Origin: an uncultured Clostridia bacterium
GTDB taxonomy: Bacteria > Bacillota > Clostridia > Christensenellales > UBA1242
Direction: 5' to 3'
NCBI GenBank assembly: GCA_946630785.1
Contig: CAMOZC010000003.1
Location: 78 to 32,077 of the forward strand
DNA: 32,000 nt
The translations under genes and the position numbers were made by a program. Position 1 is the stretch's first letter. Each line of letters begins with the position of its first letter. The notes under the pieces were generated by a model. That model saw only the letters and a list, made by a program, of their open reading frames with translations. It made no database searches and had not been told where the DNA came from. This document shows, piece by piece, positions 8,046 through 14,994 of the stretch.

Positions 8046-8073
8046 TTGATTTATTTTGAAAGCGTGATATAAT
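8046..8073 (+). promoter_or_regulatory. Extended -10 promoter for thrS: TTGATT-N16(TGa)-TATAAT
   Basis: TTGATT at 8046-8051, TG at 8065-8066, TATAAT at 8068-8073. The ATG at 8081 is exactly 7 nt after the -10. The ORF-track ATG at 8072 lies inside the -10 hexamer. Confidence 0.65.
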
Positions 8074-8080
8074 GAAAGTT

Positions 8081-9817
8081 ATGGACAAAATATTAAATCA
8101 TACGGCCGCACATGTCTTGGCGTATGCCGTAAAAAACATTTACCCAAATACGAAATTAGCGATTGGACCTGCTACAGATTCAGGTTTCTATTATGACTTT
8201 GATTTTGCAACACCAATTAAAGATGAAGATTTGGCAAAGATTGAAGCCGAAATGGCTCGCATCATTAAAGAAGACTTTACGGTAGAACGTAAAGAAGTAA
8301 CGCGTGCTGAAGCAACACGTATCATTAATAAAAATAAAGAAATTTACAAAGTAGAATTATTACACGATATTCCACGTGGTGAAACTATCTCAATGTATAC
8401 TATTGGCAATTTTACTGATTTATGCGCTGGTCCGCATGTTGACCGTTTGAGTAAAATTAAAGCATTTAAGTTGACTCAAATTACTGGTGCTTATTGGCGT
8501 GGTGATGAAAAGAATAAAATGTTGACCCGTATTTACGGTGTCGCTTTTGCTAAGAAAAGTGAATTAGAAGCTTATAATCTTTGGCAAGAAGAAGTTAAGA
8601 AACGTGACCACAATAAAATTTGTCGTGAATTAGGTTACTATACTTCATCTGAATTGGTAGGACAAGGTTTGCCACTGTTTACGCCAGAAGGTTCAACAAT
8701 CTTGCGTATTATGCAACGATTCGTTGAGGATGAAGAAATTCGCCGTGGTTATTTACACGTTAAGACACCTTCATTTGCTAAGAGTGATTTATATAAAGTT
8801 AGTGGACATTGGCAACATTATAAAGATTCAATGTTCTTGATTGGTGATGAAGTTTTAAACGACAACGTAATGGCTTTACGTCCAATGACTTGCCCAATGC
8901 ACATTTTGTTGTATCGTAGCGAATTACGTTCTTATAAGGATTTGCCAATGCGCTTTGCGGAAACGGCAAAACAATTCCGTAACGAAAATAGTGGTGAAAT
9001 GCATGGCTTGATTCGTTTACGTGAATACACTTTGAGTGATGGACATATCATCGTTCGTCCAGATCAAATTCAACAAGTCATCGATGAATGTATGGATTTG
9101 ACTAAGTATTTCTTGCAAGTCTTAAAGATGGAAGATGATGTTTCCATTCGTTTGTCAAAATGGGATCCAAACAATAAAGCAAAGTATATTGATTTACCAG
9201 ATGCTTGGGAATGGAGCCAAAATGAAATTCGTAACGCTTTGAAAGCACATAACTTGAAATTTACGGAAGCCGACGGGGAAGCAGCTTTCTATGGACCAAA
9301 AATTGATATCCAAGCCAAGAATACTTATGGTAAGGAAGATACTTTGTTTACGATTCAATTAGACTTTGCTTTGTCTGAACGTTTTGGTTTGACTTACATT
9401 GATGAAAACGGCAAGAAAGCTAAACCATACTTGATTCACCGTTCATCAATTGGTTGTTATGAACGTACCTTGGCTATGTTGATTGAAAAAACAATGGGTG
9501 CTTTGCCTGTTTGGTTGTCACCAACTCAAGTTCGCGTTTTGAATATTACCAATGCGCAAGACGAGTATTGTGAGCAAGTTAAACGCACTTTGATGGCTGC
9601 TGATATTCGTACAGCAACTGATTTGCGTAACGAAAAGATTGGTTTGAAAATTCGTGAAGCAACTTTAAAGAAAATCCCATATTGCTTAATTATTGGTGCG
9701 AAAGAACAAGAAGCCAACAAGGTTGCTGTTCGTACACGTGAAGGTCAAGATTTAGGACAAATGTCTCTGGACGAATTTATCGCGCTTGTCAAAAAACAAG
9801 TGAAGGAATTTAACTAA
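8081..9817 (+). CDS. thrS: Threonyl-tRNA synthetase lacking the N-terminal TGS domain (alternative in-frame start at 8072)
   Basis: Begins directly at the editing-domain HxxxH (NHTAAHVLAYAV). Class II motifs FRNENSGEMHGLIRLREYTLSDGH and HRSSIGCYERTLAMLIE. C-terminal anticodon-binding domain. Confidence 0.93.
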   Translation: MDKILNHTAAHVLAYAVKNIYPNTKLAIGPATDSGFYYDFDFATPIKDEDLAKIEAEMARIIKEDFTVERKEVTRAEATRIINKNKEIYKVELLHDIPRGETISMYTIGNFTDLCAGPHVDRLSKIKAFKLTQITGAYWRGDEKNKMLTRIYGVAFAKKSELEAYNLWQEEVKKRDHNKICRELGYYTSSELVGQGLPLFTPEGSTILRIMQRFVEDEEIRRGYLHVKTPSFAKSDLYKVSGHWQHYKDSMFLIGDEVLNDNVMALRPMTCPMHILLYRSELRSYKDLPMRFAETAKQFRNENSGEMHGLIRLREYTLSDGHIIVRPDQIQQVIDECMDLTKYFLQVLKMEDDVSIRLSKWDPNNKAKYIDLPDAWEWSQNEIRNALKAHNLKFTEADGEAAFYGPKIDIQAKNTYGKEDTLFTIQLDFALSERFGLTYIDENGKKAKPYLIHRSSIGCYERTLAMLIEKTMGALPVWLSPTQVRVLNITNAQDEYCEQVKRTLMAADIRTATDLRNEKIGLKIREATLKKIPYCLIIGAKEQEANKVAVRTREGQDLGQMSLDEFIALVKKQVKEFN

Positions 9818-10308
9818 TGTTGGTAGCCATTGGCACAGTTTTGAAACCACGTGGATTGCAGGGCGAATTAAAGGTTGAGATTACTTATAATCGCCCAGCG
9901 GTCTTTAATGAGTTAACTACGGTAGTTCTAAATGGACGTACTTATGAAGTTGCGCGCGGCAGTGTGCAAAATGGTTTTGCATACTTGCGCTTAGTTGGTG
10001 TTGATTCAATTGAAAAAGCGGAAAAATTCCGTAATCAAACTGTTAAGGTTGAAAGCGGTGATTTACATTTGCAGGATAACGAAGTTTTATCCAGTGATTT
10101 AATTGGCTTTGAAGTTGTACATAAAGGCAAAAAAATTGGCACGATAGCGTCGATTGAAAATTATGGTGCCAGTGACTTTTTTGAGATTGCCGTTGATGGA
10201 CAAGGTTTTGTGTTGTTGCCAAATGAAGATGATTTTATTGCTGAAACAAACATGACCACACATACATTGGTTTTAACACCAAATGCGCTGGAATCGGAGC
10301 TGGTTTAA
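9817..10308 (+). CDS. rimM: 16S rRNA processing protein RimM
   Basis: IGTVLKPRGLQGELKV N-terminal barrel plus a PRC-barrel C-terminal half. Conserved rimM-trmD pairing. TAATG coupling to thrS. Confidence 0.9.
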   Translation: MLVAIGTVLKPRGLQGELKVEITYNRPAVFNELTTVVLNGRTYEVARGSVQNGFAYLRLVGVDSIEKAEKFRNQTVKVESGDLHLQDNEVLSSDLIGFEVVHKGKKIGTIASIENYGASDFFEIAVDGQGFVLLPNEDDFIAETNMTTHTLVLTPNALESELV

Positions 10309-10970
10309 TGCGTTGGACGATTTTAACTTTGTTTCCGGAAATGTTTGTGCCGCTTAAAACCAGTATTTTGGGGCGTGCCAGCAAGGCTGGTAAGTTGCAA
10401 ATTGAAATGGTAAATTTCCGTGATTACACGGTGGATAAACATCGTAAAGTAGATGACCATTCTTATTCACCCGGAGCGGGCTTGGTTTTGGCTTGTCAAC
10501 CGATTGCGGATTGTTTAAAAGCAATTGACCCTGAACATAAAGCACACCGTATATTCATGACGCCAGCAGCGCCAATTTTATCGCAAGACCGCGTGGTTGA
10601 ATTGTCGCATTATGAACATATTATTGTACTCTGTGGCCATTACGAAGGCGTGGACCAACGTGTGATTGATGCGTGTTTTGATGAGGTTATTTCCATCGGT
10701 GAATATGTTTTAACTGGTGGGGAAATTCCTGCCATGGTTTTGGTGGATGCAGTATCACGCTATGTAGACGGTGTAATTAATCAAGATAGTTTAACGATGG
10801 AAAGTTATGTTGACGGTAAATTAGAATATCCACAATACACACGTCCACGTGTTTGGAATGGAATGGCTGTACCCGAAGTTTTGTTTTCTGGCAATCATGC
10901 CGCGATTCAAAAATGGAAAGATGAAGCCAGTGCGGCAGTGACCGAAAAATATCGTCCAAAGAAAAAATAA
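10308..10970 (+). CDS. trmD: tRNA (guanine37-N1)-methyltransferase
   Basis: ILTLFPEMF, CGHYEGVDQRV and LTGGEIPAMVLVDAVSR are typical TrmD motifs. Confidence 0.95.
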   Translation: MRWTILTLFPEMFVPLKTSILGRASKAGKLQIEMVNFRDYTVDKHRKVDDHSYSPGAGLVLACQPIADCLKAIDPEHKAHRIFMTPAAPILSQDRVVELSHYEHIIVLCGHYEGVDQRVIDACFDEVISIGEYVLTGGEIPAMVLVDAVSRYVDGVINQDSLTMESYVDGKLEYPQYTRPRVWNGMAVPEVLFSGNHAAIQKWKDEASAAVTEKYRPKKK

Positions 10971-11000
10971 AATTAATACTGATTTAAGTAATTATCAAGA

Positions 11001-11034
11001 AGGCAAGCAAGATAAAATTGCTTGCTTTTCTTTT
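11001..11034 (+). terminator. Rho-independent terminator after trmD
   Basis: 8-bp GC-containing stem GCAAGCAA/TTGCTTGC (11003-11010 / 11018-11025), 7-nt loop, then TTTTCTTTT. Confidence 0.8.
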
Positions 11035-11075
11035 GAGTTGAAAGATAAAATGTAATATTGAAAGGAAAGTAAGCA

Positions 11076-11921
11076 ATGAGCGAAAACGAAAACATCAAAC
11101 TTAACATTAACTGGTTTCCGGGTCATATGGCGCAAACATTGAAGATGATTGATGCCGAACTGAAAATTTGTGATGCGATTATTTATGTTGTGGATGCACG
11201 TTGTCCGCAATCTTGTATTAATCCTCAGTTTGATGATTTCGTTGGCCGTAAGCCAGTGTTGTTTGTTTTAAATAAAATTGATTTGGCAACCAATGGTGTG
11301 AAAGAACAGTTTACGCAATCTTTACAATTAAAAACACCTTATGCTGTAATTACGCGCAACTCGGTAAAAAGCGGTGGTGCCGAAGCGGTGGTTAAAGCAT
11401 TGCAGAAATTATTGGCGGAACGTATTCAAGCCAAGATGGCTCACGGTATTATGAAAACTTTGCGTGTGGCTGTGATTGGCGTCACTAACTGCGGTAAATC
11501 AACGTTTATTAATAACATGACCAATAAAGGTAAGACGCAAACTGGAAACCGACCAGGGGTTACTCGTACTAAACAGTGGGTGCCAATTACGGATAATTTG
11601 TGGTTGTTAGATACGCCAGGTACTTTGTGGCCCGCATTTACCAACCAGCAAGTTGCACGCAATCTGGCTTATGTCGGTTCGATTAAGGACGATATATTGG
11701 ATACTGTTGCTTTAAGTCAGTCATTACTGGTAGATTTGACTAAATTACAACCTGATGCAATTAGCGCCCGTTTTGGAGTGACTAGCTTTGAGGAAATTGC
11801 CAAAAAGCGTGGTTGTTTGTTGCGTGGTGGAATTTTGGATACTCGTCGTGCGGCCAAGATGATTCTTTCAGAATTCCGTGAAGGAAAGATTGGTAAGTTT
11901 AATTTGGATAAATTATTATGA
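11076..11921 (+). CDS. rbgA: Ribosome biogenesis GTPase A (YlqF/RbgA)
   Basis: Circularly permuted GTPase: G4 NKIDL precedes G1 GVTNCGKST and G3 DTPG. N-terminal NWFPGHM. SD AAGGAA. Confidence 0.9.
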   Translation: MSENENIKLNINWFPGHMAQTLKMIDAELKICDAIIYVVDARCPQSCINPQFDDFVGRKPVLFVLNKIDLATNGVKEQFTQSLQLKTPYAVITRNSVKSGGAEAVVKALQKLLAERIQAKMAHGIMKTLRVAVIGVTNCGKSTFINNMTNKGKTQTGNRPGVTRTKQWVPITDNLWLLDTPGTLWPAFTNQQVARNLAYVGSIKDDILDTVALSQSLLVDLTKLQPDAISARFGVTSFEEIAKKRGCLLRGGILDTRRAAKMILSEFREGKIGKFNLDKLL

Positions 11922-12274
11922 ACGAAAAACAAACCTTAACCAAAGAGTTCGGTCAGTATGGGGAAGATTTAGCTACTCAATATTGTCGCAAACATAATTT
12001 TAAAATTCTTGTGCGTAATTACCGTTGTCGCTATGGAGAAGTGGATATCATTGCACAATGTGATAATGTCTTACATTTTATTGAAGTTAAGAATCGTTCG
12101 CATGATTTGATTCCTGGACGTTATGCAGTTAATGCTGGTAAACAACGTCATATTCGTCAGGTAGCCAAACATTATTTAGTGCAACATAATTTGTTGAACC
12201 AATCTTTAATTTCATTTGATGTAATTGAAATTACTGATGGTAATTTGGAATTTTTAGAAAATTGCTTTTATTAA
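11918..12274 (+). CDS. yraN: YraN-family (UPF0102) endonuclease-like protein
   Basis: GEDLA...YRCRYGEVDIIA...FIEVKNR matches the restriction-endonuclease-like core of UPF0102. ATGA overlap with rbgA. Confidence 0.8.
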   Translation: MNEKQTLTKEFGQYGEDLATQYCRKHNFKILVRNYRCRYGEVDIIAQCDNVLHFIEVKNRSHDLIPGRYAVNAGKQRHIRQVAKHYLVQHNLLNQSLISFDVIEITDGNLEFLENCFY

Positions 12275-12930
12275 AAACGAGCCAGTAAAAGTAAATCAAA
12301 TGTGTTGGTAGCGTTGCAGTTGGCTGCGATGTTACGTGTGATTTTAGCTAAGGCTTGATAAATACGTAATTTCTTTTCCACTGTAAAGTCGGCTAGTGAT
12401 AATTCATGATTGAGTGCATATAAAGCCAAAGTTAAATTTTCTGGCTTACTTAAAATTGGCAAACATGACAATGCCGTGTCAATCGTGTTTGCGGTCATAA
12501 ATTGATGTGCAGCCTTTTTGATGTCCGTGGTATCAGGATTGCTGGTTTCTAATTGTTGTATGGTTTTGTTTTCTTTGGTCTGGTGATATTTAATCATACA
12601 GCGGCTGCGAATGGTTGGTAATATACGGTCAAGATTCTGGCAGAGAAATAACACAGTTGTGTTGCTGGCTTCTTCAATGGTTTTTAATAATTTGTTTTGA
12701 GCACTGGTGTTCATTAATTCGGCTTGAAAAACGATAAATAATTTCTTGTCGGCAACTGCGGATAAATTAGATTGGTTAATCATGTCGTTAATAACATCTA
12801 CGGTAATTTCTTTTTTATCAGAAGATTTTTTAACCCAAAAAACATCACTTGGATTATATGATTTTGCGTATTCTAAAGCGTCTTGCTCCGCACTGACTGG
12901 GTCAGTAGTAACTATCAAATAATTCATCAA
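12271..12930 (-). CDS. holB: DNA polymerase III delta-prime subunit, short form (219 aa)
   Basis: LFIVFQAELMNTSAQNKLLKTIEE and LPTIRSRC sensor motif. Follows tmk as in the Firmicutes tmk-holB arrangement. No P-loop. Confidence 0.7.
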   Translation of the reverse strand: MMNYLIVTTDPVSAEQDALEYAKSYNPSDVFWVKKSSDKKEITVDVINDMINQSNLSAVADKKLFIVFQAELMNTSAQNKLLKTIEEASNTTVLFLCQNLDRILPTIRSRCMIKYHQTKENKTIQQLETSNPDTTDIKKAAHQFMTANTIDTALSCLPILSKPENLTLALYALNHELSLADFTVEKKLRIYQALAKITRNIAANCNATNTFDLLLLARF

Positions 12931-13592
12931 ATCTCCAATGCAGCCTTGATTTTTTCGTGAATCTCATCTGGTGTTAAGATTTCACCAAAATCATTAAGGC
13001 ATTGAATTCTGGACCAACCGAAAAGCTCACAGGCTTCAATACCAGCGTTGTAGGCGTTTGATAAATGGTTATAATTGGCTTCGTGAATATCTTTTTCATA
13101 TTGGTCACCAATTTTTAGTTGTCCACGTTTACTGATTAATTCCATCGCTTTGGTGGCAGGTAAATCCAAGAAAATTACTTTGTCTGTGCGTGGAAGTTTT
13201 AAAATATTAAATTCAAAATCATCGAGCCAGCGGACAAAATTTTCACGTTCTTTGCGACCTTGAATTTTGCCTGCTTGGTGCAACATGTTTGATTGTACGT
13301 AGCGGTCAAAGAGAATAATCGCATCTGGTTTTAGTTGTGGCAATAATTTAGTCATTTTACAAATACGGTCAGTTGCAAACAATGTGCTGGCTTGATAGGC
13401 ATCTAAAACATTTGGGTCGTCACCGAACTCGCCAGATAAATACATTTTAATTGGTGCCGAACTTGGACTGTCATAATCGGGGAAGGAAACAATGTGAACG
13501 TCCGCACCTTTGGCTTTTAAATAGTCGTATAATTTTTTGATTTGAGTTTTTTTACCAGAACCATCAGTTCCTTCAATTGCATAAAATTTCAT
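12927..13592 (-). CDS. tmk: Thymidylate kinase
   Basis: MKFYAIEGTDGSGKKTQ P-loop at the proposed start, then SFPDYDSPSS...KMYLSGEFG. The ORF-track start at 13694 adds 34 non-homologous residues and would overlap spmA. Confidence 0.85.
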   Translation of the reverse strand: MKFYAIEGTDGSGKKTQIKKLYDYLKAKGADVHIVSFPDYDSPSSAPIKMYLSGEFGDDPNVLDAYQASTLFATDRICKMTKLLPQLKPDAIILFDRYVQSNMLHQAGKIQGRKERENFVRWLDDFEFNILKLPRTDKVIFLDLPATKAMELISKRGQLKIGDQYEKDIHEANYNHLSNAYNAGIEACELFGWSRIQCLNDFGEILTPDEIHEKIKAALEI

Positions 13593-13624
13593 AACAACTT
13601 TATTATAAAGCATAATTATGGAAA

Positions 13625-14197
13625 ATGGCACTAATTTTTTTAGTGATGATGATTGCCTCGTGTGTTTGGTTATTGTTTCAAAAACCAGATGCAATTTTGG
13701 TTACGGCACTGAATGCTGTTAATGAATCGTTATTGTTGGCGGTAACCTTGGCGGGAATTTATATCTTTTGGATGGCAATTGCGGAAATTGCAACTCGGGC
13801 GGGCTTGATTGAAAAAATTGCTAAATTTTTAAAAAAGCCGATTAGATTTTTGTTTGGTAAACAAACGGACGAAGTTAACTCTTATGTGGCGACAAATATT
13901 GCAGCTAATATGATTGGAGCATCGGGAGCCGCAACTCCGGCCGCAATTGCAGCAATCGAAAAAATGGCGACTCCAAAACAAACTCAAGCATCAACGCCAA
14001 TGATTATGTTATTTATTTTGGCCGCTACGTCTCTGCAGTTAATTCCGACCACAATTATTGGTATCTTACAGGCCAATGGTAGTGCTAATCCAGCAAGAAT
14101 TATTTTGCCAACATTTTTAGTGTCGTTGGCTTCCACTGTTTTGGGAATTGTATTAGTAAAATGCTTTTGTCGTGAACGCAAAAAGGACGTTGAATAA
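13625..14197 (+). CDS. spmA: Nucleoside-recognition-domain membrane protein, SpmA-like
   Basis: Polytopic membrane protein. IAEIATRAGLIEKIAKFLKKPIRFLF and ANMIGASGAATPAAIAAIEKM resemble SpmA. Paired with a SpmB-like gene. Confidence 0.7.
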   Translation: MALIFLVMMIASCVWLLFQKPDAILVTALNAVNESLLLAVTLAGIYIFWMAIAEIATRAGLIEKIAKFLKKPIRFLFGKQTDEVNSYVATNIAANMIGASGAATPAAIAAIEKMATPKQTQASTPMIMLFILAATSLQLIPTTIIGILQANGSANPARIILPTFLVSLASTVLGIVLVKCFCRERKKDVE

Positions 14198-14703
14198 TGG
14201 CGTTATACATTGTTCCGTTATTCATTATCCTTATCTTTGTCTATGCCGGTTTTAAAGGTACTGATACCTATGGCGCGTTTGTTAAAGGCGCCAAGAATGC
14301 GATTGCTTTGATTTGGGACATTTTACCTTACATTGTTGCCATTTTAGTGGCGGTGAAATTATTTGAAGCTTCTGGATTATTAATGGCAATCTGTGATGTT
14401 GTTGCTCCTGTGTTTCGTGTTCTGGGAATTCCCAGTGAATTAGTGCATTTCGTGTTTCTGAAGCCGTTTAGTGGGGCGGGGTCAATTGCGCTGTATAATG
14501 AGATTGTTGCCGCATATGGTCCAGACAGTTATATTTCCCGTGTGGCTAGTATTATTGCTGGAAGTAGTGATACGGTGTTTTATATTGCAACCATTTACTT
14601 TTCTAAAACCAATATCAAGAAACTGGGGTTGGCAATTCCCATCGCTTTGTTTTGTACTTTCTTTTCGGCGGTACTGGCTGCGTGGGTTTGTCGAATTTTT
14701 TGA
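14197..14703 (+). CDS. spmB: Nucleoside-recognition-domain membrane protein, SpmB-like
   Basis: TAATG coupling to spmA. Hydrophobic 168-aa protein with KPFSGAGSIAL and GSSDTVFYIATIYF motifs typical of SpmB. Confidence 0.7.
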   Translation: MALYIVPLFIILIFVYAGFKGTDTYGAFVKGAKNAIALIWDILPYIVAILVAVKLFEASGLLMAICDVVAPVFRVLGIPSELVHFVFLKPFSGAGSIALYNEIVAAYGPDSYISRVASIIAGSSDTVFYIATIYFSKTNIKKLGLAIPIALFCTFFSAVLAAWVCRIF

Positions 14704-14718
14704 TTAATAAATTAATAT

Positions 14719-14747
14719 TTGCATTTTGCCATGTGGTATGTTATGAT
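14719..14747 (+). promoter_or_regulatory. Candidate tRNA-Phe promoter TTGCAT-N17-TATGAT (alternative -10 TGaTAATAA at 14744-14752)
   Basis: Hexamers at 14719-14724 and 14742-14747. The mature tRNA 5' end at 14759 is 11 nt after the first -10 option and 6 nt after the alternative. Confidence 0.45.
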
Positions 14748-14758
14748 AATAAAGTTAA

Positions 14759-14834
14759 GCCTTCGTAGCTCAGTCGGTAGAGCAAAGGACTGAAAATCCT
14801 TGTGTCCGTGGTTCGATTCCGCGCGAAGGCACCA
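14759..14834 (+). tRNA. tRNA-Phe (GAA), CCA encoded
   Basis: GCCTTCGTAGCTCAGTCGGTAGAGCAAAGGACTGAAAATCCTTGTGTCCGTGGTTCGATTCCGCGCGAAGGCACCA forms a canonical 76-nt cloverleaf. The anticodon loop is CTGAAAA. Confidence 0.95.
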
Positions 14835-14841
14835 AGTCATT

Positions 14842-14878
14842 AAATCTAGTGTTACCACTAGATTTTTTTATTTTTTTT
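14842..14878 (+). terminator. Rho-independent terminator after tRNA-Phe
   Basis: 10-bp stem AAATCTAGTG/CACTAGATTT with loop TTAC, followed by T4 A T8. Confidence 0.85.
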
Positions 14879-14994
14879 ACATGAAATTTTAGAGTCAATA
14901 TTTAAATTGATAGGGATGGGTTTATAAAAAAAATTACTGAACTGATTTGCCGTTTTGTATTGCGTTTTGGTGTGTTTTATGGTACCATTACAAC

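Noticed and set aside
8001-8080. T-box riboswitches upstream of thrS (and of ileS at 30910-30952)
   Set aside because: The intergenic regions are only 80 and 43 nt, far shorter than a T-box leader. I saw no specifier-loop or T-box consensus sequence.
13593-13694. ORF-track N-terminal extensions of tmk (to 13694), rpmE (TTG 4048) and the 993-aa ORF (TTG 14947)
   Set aside because: The extensions are non-homologous to the families. They overlap neighbouring genes or promoters, and a downstream ATG coincides with the conserved N-terminus (P-loop for tmk, MKENIHP for L31).
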